Positions 40,108 through 49,504 of a stretch of 64,000 bases of DNA are shown one piece after another. The stretch is from Candidatus Latescibacterota bacterium (GTDB taxonomy: Bacteria; Latescibacterota; UBA2968; UBA8231): positions 918,631-982,630 of the forward strand of contig CBDCNM010000001.1 of NCBI GenBank assembly GCA_965219385.1, given 5' to 3'. The translations under genes and the position numbers were made by a program. Under the pieces are notes generated by a model, which was not told the origin of the DNA, did not search any database, and was given only the letters and a program-made list of their open reading frames with translations. How positions within the stretch are numbered: position 1 is the stretch's first letter; each line of letters starts with the position of its first letter.

Positions 40108-40558
40108 CGAAGATAACCTTGCCGTCTTTATCGAGGACTTTGCCGTCCTCGGTGAAATCGTACTTCATGGACTGGCCGAGGCTCAGGTGTTTTTTGACCT
40201 CTTCGAGGTCCTTGTATTTCTCGATTAGCTTTTCGATGGGGCCTTCAAAAATGCTGGGATTCCAATTGGGCCGATCTTTATCCCTCTCCTTGCGTTCTTC
40301 CGCGGTCATGATGGGCAGACGGTCCGCAGCCGGGGTAAAGCGCCCGGCCATGGCCTGCTGGCGTCTGTACTTTTCGTGGCGCTTTTCCGATTCGCTCAAC
40401 ATTTCTTCCGGGACGGAATCGAGGGGATCTCCATCGACTTTGGATCCCGTCGGCCGTTCTTTTTCCCGGACTTCGCGTTCAATCCTCTGCTGCCTTTCGT
40501 TGTCCAAATTCTGGTCGTTGCCCAGCTTGCGCAGAACGGAACGGGCTGCCTGGTTCAT
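40088..40558 (-). CDS. Hypothetical charged protein
   Basis: GGAGG RBS, open frame overlapping the downstream start; no recognisable motif. Confidence 0.55.
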   Translation of the reverse strand: MNQAARSVLRKLGNDQNLDNERQQRIEREVREKERPTGSKVDGDPLDSVPEEMLSESEKRHEKYRRQQAMAGRFTPAADRLPIMTAEERKERDKDRPNWNPSIFEGPIEKLIEKYKDLEEVKKHLSLGQSMKYDFTEDGKVLDKDGKVIFDGEKLV

Positions 40559-40765
40559 GGTACTGACGCCTCCAGTCTGATTTTGCCATTGATCCAATGC
40601 GAAACCATTTAGAATATAAGGGCGGTAGGGGATTTGGCAAATTGAAATTCAATTGATTATCTTAGTGATCAGTTCAATTGTCAGCGGTGACTCGCAACGA
40701 GGGGCAGCGGACAGGAAACCCGTTCCCAGGGTGATCTGATCACGCCCAAAGAAGAAGGAAAATCG

Positions 40766-41797
40766 ATGGAGAAGACTAGGGGGTTTTTTTCGTGGTTTTA
40801 CTCAAACGATATCGGCATTGATCTGGGTACGGCCAATACCCTGGTTTATGTCAAGGGCGATGGGATCGTCCTCAACGAGCCTTCTATCGTTGCCCGCCAT
40901 ATAATGACCAAGAAACCGATTGCCATCGGCGTTGAAGCAAAGGAGATGATGGGCCGGACCAATGCCGAACTCGAAACCATCCGACCATTGAAGGATGGGG
41001 TTATCGCCGACTTCGAGGTTACCGAGGAGATGATCCGCTATTTCATCCGCAAGGTGCAGCGGAGCAAACTTTTTATTCGACCTCGGATCGTGGTGTCGGT
41101 TCCCTCGGGGAGCACCGAAGTGGAGAAGCGAGCAGTACGGGATTCCTGCGAACGCGTCGGAGCCCGCGAAGTGCATCTGGTCAGCGAGCCGATGGCGGCC
41201 GCCATCGGCATGGGCCTGCCGGTAGAACAGGCCGTAGGTTCGATGGTCATCGATATTGGCGGGGGCACCACCGAAATCGCCGTGATTGCGCTCTCCGGTC
41301 TGGTGACCCAAGAGTCGATCCGGGTTGCAGGGGATGTAATGGATATGGTCATTATCGAATGGATGCGCAAGAAATACAATTTGCTCATCGGCACCCCCAA
41401 CGCAGAACAACTTAAACACCAGATTGGTTCGGCCATAGCGCTCGACCCAGAGGAAGAGGCCCAGGTCAGAGGACGCGATCTGGTAGAAGGTATTCCCAAG
41501 ACGCTCACGGTCAATTCCAGTGAAATCCGCGAAGCTTTGACTGAACCTGTAGATCAGATCGTTTCCGGCGTCCGGCGCGCTCTGGAAAGGATTCCTCCCG
41601 AACTGGCGGCGGATATACTGGATCGGGGCATGATTCTTTGCGGAGGGGGAAGCAAATTGAAAGGATTAAAAGAGCGCTTGATCGCGGGTACGAGTTTGCC
41701 GACCTACGTCGACGATGAAGATCCGCTCGCCGCCGTGGTTCGGGGCAGTCGAAGGATCCTCGAGGATTTCGACCGCTATAAAAAGGTACTTTACTGA
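40766..41797 (+). CDS. mreB: Rod shape-determining protein MreB
   Basis: DLGTANT, RPLKDGVIADF, EPMAAAIG, DIGGGTTE. Confidence 0.97.
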   Translation: MEKTRGFFSWFYSNDIGIDLGTANTLVYVKGDGIVLNEPSIVARHIMTKKPIAIGVEAKEMMGRTNAELETIRPLKDGVIADFEVTEEMIRYFIRKVQRSKLFIRPRIVVSVPSGSTEVEKRAVRDSCERVGAREVHLVSEPMAAAIGMGLPVEQAVGSMVIDIGGGTTEIAVIALSGLVTQESIRVAGDVMDMVIIEWMRKKYNLLIGTPNAEQLKHQIGSAIALDPEEEAQVRGRDLVEGIPKTLTVNSSEIREALTEPVDQIVSGVRRALERIPPELAADILDRGMILCGGGSKLKGLKERLIAGTSLPTYVDDEDPLAAVVRGSRRILEDFDRYKKVLY

Positions 41798-41814
41798 AAG
41801 AGGACAGGTCTATT

Positions 41815-42597
41815 ATGCCTGTCAACCGGAATTACCTGGCCATTGGCCTTGCTATAGTTTTTGCCTTGAGTCTCAAGGGGATACCCACGCTGTATCAGTA
41901 TAAAATAGCCGAACATTGTCGTTTTGCTATACTCACGACGGGCCAGTGGCTATTTGCCAAGGCGATCAGCTGGGCTAGAAATGAAGAAAAAAGCCGGTTT
42001 TTGCTCGCCCGCAACGTGGAATTGGCCCTGGACAACCTGCAGCGCCGCGAGGACCAGCTGGAGAATCGCCGTTTGCGTCAGGCACTCGGGTTTAAAGAAA
42101 GAAAAAGGCCGCAAAGAATAATTCCTGCGGAAGTGGTTGGCAGAGACGCGGATCTGATTTTTGACACCATTATAATCAACGCTGGTCTCGACCGTGGCGT
42201 GGAGAAGAATTGGACGGTAGTAACGGCTGAGGGACTCCTCGTCGGGCATGTTGCCCAGGTGGATGAGCGCAGCGCCGTGGTCCAGTTGATCATGCGTTCC
42301 CGGGTAAGTTCATTAGTACAGGAGAGCAGGGCCAAGGGGATTGTCTCATGGGTGCACGGCAAGCGATTCAGGCTGCAGTATGTCGAAGCCAATAAAGCCA
42401 ATAGTGCTATTCGCAAGGGAGATCGCGTGGTATCCTCGGGCCTGGGAGGGCGGTTTCCCAAGGGCATTCTGATCGGGCACATCGTCGAGGTCCGCGATCA
42501 GAGGCGCGATCCCCTTTTCAAGGAAGTATTTTTGGAATCGAGCGTTGACTTTTCAAGAGTCGAGGAGGTCTTTGTCATTCGTGCAGGGGCGAACTGA
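41815..42597 (+). CDS. mreC: Rod shape-determining protein MreC
   Basis: ENRRLR coiled coil, SSGLGGRFPKGILIG. Confidence 0.92.
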   Translation: MPVNRNYLAIGLAIVFALSLKGIPTLYQYKIAEHCRFAILTTGQWLFAKAISWARNEEKSRFLLARNVELALDNLQRREDQLENRRLRQALGFKERKRPQRIIPAEVVGRDADLIFDTIIINAGLDRGVEKNWTVVTAEGLLVGHVAQVDERSAVVQLIMRSRVSSLVQESRAKGIVSWVHGKRFRLQYVEANKANSAIRKGDRVVSSGLGGRFPKGILIGHIVEVRDQRRDPLFKEVFLESSVDFSRVEEVFVIRAGAN

Positions 42598-42648
42598 TAT
42601 GACCAGGTTCAGGACTGTAAAATAGTGCCCGAGTGGAGCTTCCTGCTC

Positions 42649-42677
42649 TTGACAACTATACCGACATTACATATTCT
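42649..42677 (+). promoter_or_regulatory. sigma70-type promoter for HU/tRNA cluster
   Basis: TTGACA-N17-TATTCT. Confidence 0.55.
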
Positions 42678-42750
42678 TAGAAGGCCTTCAAGGCCGGAAG
42701 GCAAGTTATTTCAAGTCGTGTTTTCACTTTTTAAGTAGGGAGAGACAGCC

Positions 42751-43029
42751 TTGACTAAGGCTGATATTGTGCGTCAGATCGCCCAGGGAATCGGGCTGCC
42801 CAAGACAGATGTCGCAGCTGTCGTTGATGGGGTTATCGAGTCGGTGATCGAAGCATTGGAACGAGGGGAACACATTGAGATTCGGGGTTTTGGCACTTTT
42901 AAAGCCGTTACTCGCGCTCCCCGGACGGGGCGCAACCCACGGACTGGCTCCGAGGTGAAGATCTCGAGCCGTCAGGCCCCGGTATTCAAGCCCTCTAAAG
43001 AGCTTAGAGGCCGAGTAACAGGACAATAA
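42751..43029 (+). CDS. HU/IHF family DNA-binding protein
   Basis: IEIRGFGTF, GRNPRTG, FKPSKELR. Confidence 0.95.
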   Translation: MTKADIVRQIAQGIGLPKTDVAAVVDGVIESVIEALERGEHIEIRGFGTFKAVTRAPRTGRNPRTGSEVKISSRQAPVFKPSKELRGRVTGQ

Positions 43030-43046
43030 ATCAGGAGATAAGAAAG

Positions 43047-43142
43047 ATGCCGTGTGGCAGGAAGAGAAAGCGGCATAAAATCGCTACCCACAAACGCAAG
43101 AAAAGACTGAGAAAAAATCGCCACAAGAAGAGGGTGATTTGA
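43047..43142 (+). CDS. Small basic ribosomal protein bS22-like (AURKAIP1/COX24 domain), missed by the ORF track
   Basis: AGGAG upstream; MPCGRKRKRHKIATHKRKKRLRKNRHKKRVI. Confidence 0.85.
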   Translation: MPCGRKRKRHKIATHKRKKRLRKNRHKKRVI

Positions 43143-43155
43143 TTTAATGGCTTGT

Positions 43156-43232
43156 GGCCTATTAGCTCAGCTGGATAGAGCGCTAGTCTCCGGAACTAGA
43201 GGTCGCAGGTTCGAATCCTGCATAGGTCACCA
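43156..43232 (+). tRNA. tRNA-Arg(CCG)
   Basis: Cloverleaf; anticodon arm CTAGT-CTCCGGA-ACTAG; GTTCGAATC; encoded CCA. Confidence 0.95.
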
Positions 43233-43252
43233 TATATCTTCGCCTGACCGGT

Positions 43253-43329
<77 letters not shown>

Positions 43330-43390
43330 TTAAAAATCGAGTTAAAGGGCCGCGAGTATTCACTCGGGGCCCTTTCTTCCGTGAGTTGAT

Positions 43391-43468
43391 CGGGGTGTAG
43401 CGCAGCCCGGCTAGCGCACCTGCTTCGGGAGCAGGGGGTCGCCGGTTCGAATCCGGCCACCCCGACCA
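43391..43468 (+). tRNA. tRNA-Pro(CGG)
   Basis: CCTGC-TTCGGGA-GCAGG; GTTCGAATC; CCA. Confidence 0.95.
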
Positions 43469-43472
43469 TTGT

Positions 43473-43505
43473 AACCCCCTGCAAGACAATATCTTGCGGG
43501 GGGTT
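43473..43505 (+). terminator. Hairpin after the tRNA cluster
   Basis: AACCCCCTGCAAGA-CAATA-TCTTGCGGGGGGTT; weak U tract. Confidence 0.5.
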
Positions 43506-43626
43506 CCTTGCCGTCAACGACCTACGTCACGTTGCTGTAACATTGGGCTTTATCCACTCGGTGTGTCCGCCCTCGCGGCGTCGGCCGCTGGGAAACCTCC
43601 GCAGCACAACCACATCTGAAAAATCC

Positions 43627-43780
43627 ATGATGCTCCCGGCCGAAATCCCGATGGTCCTTGGGTTCCTGCTGGCACCGTACTCGGTCGTTTCCAACGATTC
43701 CATCCAGACGCTGGGGACATTCCTGTCGTCGAACTCCTTCCGGCCCTGGTGGGTCCTGTGGCTGTTTTCGTCCAGTGTGT
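43627..43780 (+). pseudogene. N-terminal fragment of a membrane protein fused to unrelated sequence
   Basis: VLGFLLAPYSVVSNDSIQTLGTFLSSN...PWWVLWLF, then the hydrophobic character is abruptly lost. Confidence 0.5.
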
Positions 43781-43927
43781 GGGATCTGGAGGATGACCGG
43801 CCGAATACCGGGATGTGTGGCCGCGGTTCCGGCCCATGCCGCCGACCTGGCCGCCGTGCGCCACCAACTGCTGGCCCAGGAGCGTCCCCTGCCCCGGACC
43901 TGGACCTACTAATCCAAAGGAGATCCC

Positions 43928-44729
43928 ATGTCCACCCAGACCCTCACCCCTATCCAGAAGCAGTACCAGAGCGACGGTTTTTATATACCCGAAGACCCTA
44001 TTTTGCCCCCCGAAGTAGTCGAGCAGGCTGTCGCCGGCATGGATGCGGTGCGGGAAGGCCGCTACGATTCTGGCCAGCCGCCCCAGCCCTCGCGCTGGAA
44101 TCCGGGCGACGATCCCGGCCAACTGTGCAAAATAGAATTGCCCCAACAGGCCGATCTGGGCATTCGCGCCCTGATCAGCCATGCCGATTTGGGCCAGTGG
44201 CCCGCCCGCGTCACCGGGGCCCGCATAGTGCAGGTGTGGTGGACGCAATTGCTGTACAAACCGCCCCAGCCCGAGGATCGGGCCGTAGATCTCAACATCG
44301 GTTGGCACCAGGACCGTTACTACTGGCAGGTCTGGGAAGAAGGCAGCGAACTATTCACTGCCTGGGTGGCCCTCAGCGATGTGGGCGTTGATACGGGTCC
44401 CATGCGCTTTGTCCGGGGCTCGCACCAATGGGGCCTGTTGGACGAAGGCGGTTTCTACCGCCAGGATCTCGACGACCAGCGCGCTGCCATTCCGGTCCCG
44501 GAGGGCTGCATTTGGCGGGAGCAACCCGCTCTGCTGCCGTTGGGCGGCGCCAGTTTCCACCACTGCCTCACTTTTCACGGCAGCGGCCCCAACCGCTCCT
44601 CTGGTCCCCGGCGTAGCCTGGCCACTCAACATGCGCACGGAAAAGTCGCGCCCCGTCGACGACCGCCGCGCTGGCCTCACCACGTTTATCGACGACTTCG
44701 AGCGCAACCCCGTCATCTACCGGGAATAG
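43928..44729 (+). pseudogene. PhyH-family Fe/2OG dioxygenase with a 3' frameshift
   Basis: GWHQD, TAWVAL, FHGSGPN; the native-looking tail (LNMRTEKSRP...IYRE*) is in another frame after about 44624 and ends 3 bp before the next start. Confidence 0.75.
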
Positions 44730-44732
44730 ACC

Positions 44733-45482
44733 GTGGATCCCATCCTGCAAAAGCTGGGTCTGGAGCCCTGTACTCTGAGTCAGCGCCATTTCGATGAATT
44801 GGACCGACAGGGTTTCACCATTTTACCCGATATTATCGAGCCAGCCTGGCGTGCCGAGCTGGCCCGGGCCTTTGACCAGTTATCCGCCGAGGAAGGGGGC
44901 GACCGGGCTGGTGCCGAAGTGGGCCTGGTGCCCGGTGTGCGCCGCCTGGCCGACCTGGTCAACAAGGGGGAGGTCTTCGATCCGGTCTACCTGCACGCCA
45001 ATCTCCTGCACGCTGTATGGCGCGTTTTGCAGCGCCCCTTCAAGTTGCACTCGCTCAACGGGCACGACCCTCTGCCCGGCCATGGCCAGCAGCACTTGCA
45101 CACCGACTGGGGCGGCGACCGGACGGCCTTTCACGTGGTCAATTCCATGTGGATGCTCGACGAGTTCACCGCGGATAACGGTGCCACCCGCGTGGTGCCC
45201 GGAACGCACCTGCTGCCCCAAAAGCTGGATGAGTACGTCGAGGATCGGCTGGCTCCTCGCGACGACCAAGTCCAATTGCTCGCTCCGGCCGGCTCGATGG
45301 GCATCTTCAACGGCAGCTTGTGGCACAGCTGCAGCAACAACAATACGCGGGCCAAGCGGCGCACCCTGCACTGCGCTTTTATCGCCCGCGAGCATCCCCA
45401 GCAAACCGACCAGCGCCAGTACCTGCGGCCCGAGACCGACCGGCGGCTCAGCCCCCTGGCCCGCTATATTCTGGATGTGTGA
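44733..45482 (+). CDS. PhyH-family Fe/2OG dioxygenase
   Basis: LHTD, NGATRVVPGTH, LWH. Confidence 0.88.
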   Translation: MDPILQKLGLEPCTLSQRHFDELDRQGFTILPDIIEPAWRAELARAFDQLSAEEGGDRAGAEVGLVPGVRRLADLVNKGEVFDPVYLHANLLHAVWRVLQRPFKLHSLNGHDPLPGHGQQHLHTDWGGDRTAFHVVNSMWMLDEFTADNGATRVVPGTHLLPQKLDEYVEDRLAPRDDQVQLLAPAGSMGIFNGSLWHSCSNNNTRAKRRTLHCAFIAREHPQQTDQRQYLRPETDRRLSPLARYILDV

Positions 45483-45496
45483 GAGGAGATTTTCCC

Positions 45497-46872
45497 ATGA
45501 CCCCGCTTTCCACCCGCGTCACCACCACGCTAACCAATGCGTTGGAACGGCGCAGTATCGCCTTCGAGTACCAGCAAACGCCCATCTACCATAAGCCCGT
45601 TACCATCGAAGCTCCCCTCGACGAAAAGGGCGGCCTCGCGGTAGAACTGCCGTTTACTGAGGCGCAAATAGTTTCGGTCCGCCTCGACGATGAGGTCAAG
45701 CTCTTCTTGGAACCGGGCGACCAGTTGCACATTGACGCGGACTTGCTCGACCTGCCCCGGTCCCTCCGCTTTTCCGGCCGGGGCGCGGCTAACAACCAGT
45801 TCCTCGCCGCCCTGCGGGCCTGCGGGCCCGCTTCCCCGACTCCCTGCGCATCGACTACAAAGACCTGGAGGCCGACGCCTTTCGCAAAATGGTCGACCAG
45901 CGGCGCTTAGAGTTGGAGTCCTTTTTGGACGAGGGTTGCAGCCAGTATCAACTCACCCCGGGTTTTATTGCTTACTACCGTGCCGAAATCACCTATGAAT
46001 GGGCCGAACAACTGGTTTCTTATCCGATCGGTTACTACATGCAACAAAACGGACGGGAGCACAAAGTCCTCCCCGCAGACTATTACGACGTCCTCAATCA
46101 AGTCAAACTGGTTGACGAAGCGGCTATCGGCATCACCCATTACCAAAACTTTCTGGAGTACAATTTCGATCGTATAGAAGACGAAGCCTATGAACGAGCC
46201 CAACTGGAGCAACTATCCGAGGAGCAATCCCGAGACCTGCTTGAAACCTACACCCGCTACAATCAGGCCAAGCGGGCCTTGCACGGCAAAGTCCTGTACT
46301 TCTTTCTCGCCGGTGAAATCGTCTCCGACTTTCAATTCGGCCGGTTTGACCAAGGTGAACAACGCCTAGCCGAATTCCTCCAGGACAACCCCCATCCCGA
46401 ATACACCGAGGCCGTAGAGGAGGTCGTGCGGGAAACCGCCAAGCTCAAACCCGGCCAGCCCGCCCCGGACTTCACCCTCGACGATCTCCAGGGCCAAAGC
46501 GTCTCCCTGAGCGATTTCAGAGGCCAAGCGGTTTTCCTTGACTTTTGGTCGAATGGGTGCAGTCTGTGCATCGAAGATTTGCCCTCTATAGAAAAGATCA
46601 AACAGCAGACCAGAGACCAAAGGGTCGTCTTCCTGAGTATCTCCCTGGACCGCAGCGCCGACGAGTGGCGCCAAGCGGTGGATGAGCACGGCCTGACCGG
46701 CGTCCACGTCCACTCCCCGGGCGGCTGGCAGGCGGCGATGGCTCAATTGTACCAGGTCCGGGGCATACCTTCCTATTTCCTGGTGGATCCGGCCGGCCGC
46801 ATCGCTGGCCGCGTCGACCATGTCTTCGATGTCCCGGCCGTGGTCGGCCGCATTGGGGAGGTGCTGTCCTGA
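45497..46872 (+). pseudogene. TlpA/redoxin-family protein frameshifted by an 8-bp tandem duplication
   Basis: CCTGCGGG x2 at 45811-45826; removing one copy joins the frames (ALRARFPDSL...KMVDQRR); C-terminal APDFTL...FWSNGCSLC. Confidence 0.8.
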
Positions 46873-47232
46873 GCGCGATGACGGTACCTATTTCATTAGG
46901 AAGTGAGGTGATACCCCGCGGACGAGCGCCCATGAGTCCAGCCATGCGTCAGTCTCAGGCTTCCCGCTGGACTATTCGCTTGCCCCGCAAGCGCTCCCGC
47001 AACTCGACCGCCGCGGCCCCGCCCCCGCCCCGAGCGTCGCCGATCCAACACCAGGCGTACAACCCGTCGAATTCAAGTAAATTACCAGCCCAGCGACCCC
47101 ATGGAGTGCGTGGCCCGGGGCGATGCCCAGCGGCTTGCCAGGAAAGTAGAATAGGGTTTTTTTATAGGCGTTATTGACCTGCCTGGTGGTCCTCGGCGGG
47201 GATAACTTTACCAACCAAGGGGAGATTAATCC

Positions 47233-48135
47233 ATGCCAACCAAGGAACAGATAGATCAGTACTGGGACCAGGGCTATTTCATAGCCGACGATGCCGTGGA
47301 ACCCGACATGCTGGACGAGCTGGAGGCGGCCACCCGGCGCGTGCGGGACAAAACCCGATCCGATGAGGTGGACCTCCGGTCCAACCGGGGGGAGGGCCGC
47401 GAGCCCACGGTCATCTGGGGGCTCTTTGCGCCCGAGTACGGCGAGCCCGTCTTTGCCGAATACATGATATCCAAACCCATCGAATCCTATGTCCATGCCT
47501 TCATAGGAGCCGATCTGCGCCTGGGGTTCGAGATCATTTTCTGCACGGGCAACCATGCCCCCTACGATACCGGCTGGCACCGGGACTTTGGGGCCACGGA
47601 GGTGCAGGACGGCACCGAAGAAGAGGAGATGGAGGTCCTCAACCGACCCATAACCAGACTCAAGTGGCACCTGGCCCTGGTGGACGATCCATGCCTGTGG
47701 GTCGTGCCGGGCAGCCAGCGGCGCTATCGCACGGATGAGGAACGGGAGTGCTTGCACAATACTCGCAGGGCGAGTATATCGGGGGAGAAGTCGATCGAGG
47801 TGAAGAGGGGGCAGACCCTTTTCTGGAGCGGCAACCTGATCCACCGGGGACGGGTTCCAGAGGGCTGCGAGGAACGTCTGACCCTGGCGGCAGGTCTGAC
47901 CAAGCACTATGACACCGAGCCGATCCGAGACCCTTATCCAACGAACGAGGACGAGGTGGACGAGCGCTACAGGTGGCGGATGGCCAATAATATACGCGAA
48001 ATCCTGCCCGGGAAGATGCAGTTTTACTACGATCGGTGGCGCGCACTGCAAAAAGGCAGCGGCAAGATCGACGCTATCAATGACGAAGTCAGAAAAATAG
48101 GCTACACTCGCTGGCAGGAGCAGCAGAAGGACTGA
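47233..48135 (+). CDS. PhyH-family Fe/2OG dioxygenase
   Basis: YWDQGYFI, GWHRD, LWVVPGSQ, LIHRG. Confidence 0.8.
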   Translation: MPTKEQIDQYWDQGYFIADDAVEPDMLDELEAATRRVRDKTRSDEVDLRSNRGEGREPTVIWGLFAPEYGEPVFAEYMISKPIESYVHAFIGADLRLGFEIIFCTGNHAPYDTGWHRDFGATEVQDGTEEEEMEVLNRPITRLKWHLALVDDPCLWVVPGSQRRYRTDEERECLHNTRRASISGEKSIEVKRGQTLFWSGNLIHRGRVPEGCEERLTLAAGLTKHYDTEPIRDPYPTNEDEVDERYRWRMANNIREILPGKMQFYYDRWRALQKGSGKIDAINDEVRKIGYTRWQEQQKD

Positions 48136-48178
48136 ACAGTCCCATCCGCCCGCCGTTACTCCTTGAGTTACAACAAAT

Positions 48179-48206
48179 ATGTCATATAATATATGTTACG
48201 TAAACA
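48179..48206 (+). other. dif-like site 2 (contains the predicted miaA start codon)
   Basis: ATGTCATATAA-TATATG-TTACGTAAACA. Confidence 0.6.
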
Positions 48207-49131
48207 AATCATCATCATAATCGCTGGGCCTACCGCATTAGGAAAAACCTGCCTGGGCATCCAGGTGGCCCTTAAACTGGGCGGCGAGATTATATCGGCT
48301 GATTCCAGGCAAATCTACCGATATATGGATATAGGGACTGCAAAACCCGAACCCGGCGACCTGGAACGGGTCAAGCACTACTTCATAGATATCAAAAACC
48401 CGGATGAGTACTACAGTGCCGGGCGCTTTGGCAGGGAGGTGCGTGCGTGTATTAAACAGCTGGGAGAGAGAGGAATACCACCTATCTTAGTAGGTGGATC
48501 CGGCCTTTATCTACAGGCGGTACTGGACGGTTTTTTCGAGGATGAGACCGACTATTCTGAAATTAGAGCCCATTTTAAGCAGCGCCTGGAACGACAAGGC
48601 CTTGCTGTCTTGTACCAGGAGTTGGGCCGGTGTGATCCCCAGGCTCAGACCAGGATATCTCCCCGCGACAGCCAGCGGATCCTGCGGGCCCTGGAAATAG
48701 CTCATGCAAGGGGGGAAGTTCAGCACGCCCGCTGGGCAAAAGGGGCGGAGGCCGCACTCGACTGTTCGCCCCTGGGGTTTTGTCTCGAAATGAACCGTGA
48801 ATCCCTTTATCAGCGCATTGACCACAGGGTAGATGCAATGCTTGAAAAAGGCCTGCTCGGCGAAGTCGAGTCGCTGGTGGCCATGGGGTATGGCAGAGGA
48901 AGTTACGCCATGGAAACCTTCGGTTACCAGGAAGTCCTGGATTACCTGGAGGGCAAGTTGTCCCTGGACGATGCGATTGCCACCATCAAATGCAGATCCA
49001 GGCACTACGCCAAACGCCAGTTGACCTGGTTTCGCAGGGACCGTCGGCTGCGCTGGATGGATTTAGACGCGTGGGGTATCCAGGGGGTACAGGAAAGAAT
49101 TGCAACCCAATACAGGTCAAGAGAACCGTAG
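48193..49131 (+). CDS. miaA: tRNA dimethylallyltransferase
   Basis: GPTALGKT, SADSRQIYRYMDIGTAKP, VGGSGLY, YAKRQLTWFR. Confidence 0.96.
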   Translation: MLRKQIIIIIAGPTALGKTCLGIQVALKLGGEIISADSRQIYRYMDIGTAKPEPGDLERVKHYFIDIKNPDEYYSAGRFGREVRACIKQLGERGIPPILVGGSGLYLQAVLDGFFEDETDYSEIRAHFKQRLERQGLAVLYQELGRCDPQAQTRISPRDSQRILRALEIAHARGEVQHARWAKGAEAALDCSPLGFCLEMNRESLYQRIDHRVDAMLEKGLLGEVESLVAMGYGRGSYAMETFGYQEVLDYLEGKLSLDDAIATIKCRSRHYAKRQLTWFRRDRRLRWMDLDAWGIQGVQERIATQYRSREP

Positions 49132-49172
49132 TTGCTCCATATTTTGACTTCAGGCTTTTCAGGCTTTTACGG

Positions 49173-49201
49173 TTGACAGTGAAAGATAGCACATTTATCT
49201 T
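49173..49201 (+). promoter_or_regulatory. sigma70-type promoter for tRNA-Gly
   Basis: TTGACA-N17-TATCTT. Confidence 0.55.
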
Positions 49202-49259
49202 AAAATACTACCTTAAGTAAAAAACTGGTCGGACGACAACATTGTTTCTCCTTTTCGGA

Positions 49260-49334
49260 GCGGGAGTAGTTCAGGGGTAGAACGCAAGCTTCCCAAGCTT
49301 GATGTCGCGGGTTCGACTCCCGTCTCCCGCTCCA
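49260..49334 (+). tRNA. tRNA-Gly(CCC)
   Basis: GCGGGAG acceptor; CAAGC-TTCCCAA-GCTTG; GTTCGACTC; CCA. Confidence 0.95.
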
Positions 49335-49504
49335 TTTTATATTTGTGCCTTCCTAGGGCTCGCTACTGTTTATTCTTCCTTTTTTGAGATGGTCGACCAG
49401 GGCCCGTTGACGAGTATACCTACCAGGCCGTGGTTGACGCCCAGGTCAGCCTGGGCGATTCGTACCAGCTCGCAATACTGACCGATCGAGAAAACATTGA
49501 ATAA

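Noticed and set aside
42598..42750. Absence of mreD/mrdA after mreC
   Set aside because: Split mre operons are common, and this cannot be interpreted without the rest of the genome.
43344..43375. Hairpin between the two tRNA-Pro genes
   Set aside because: An ordinary spacer or terminator-like stem-loop; nothing further is supported.
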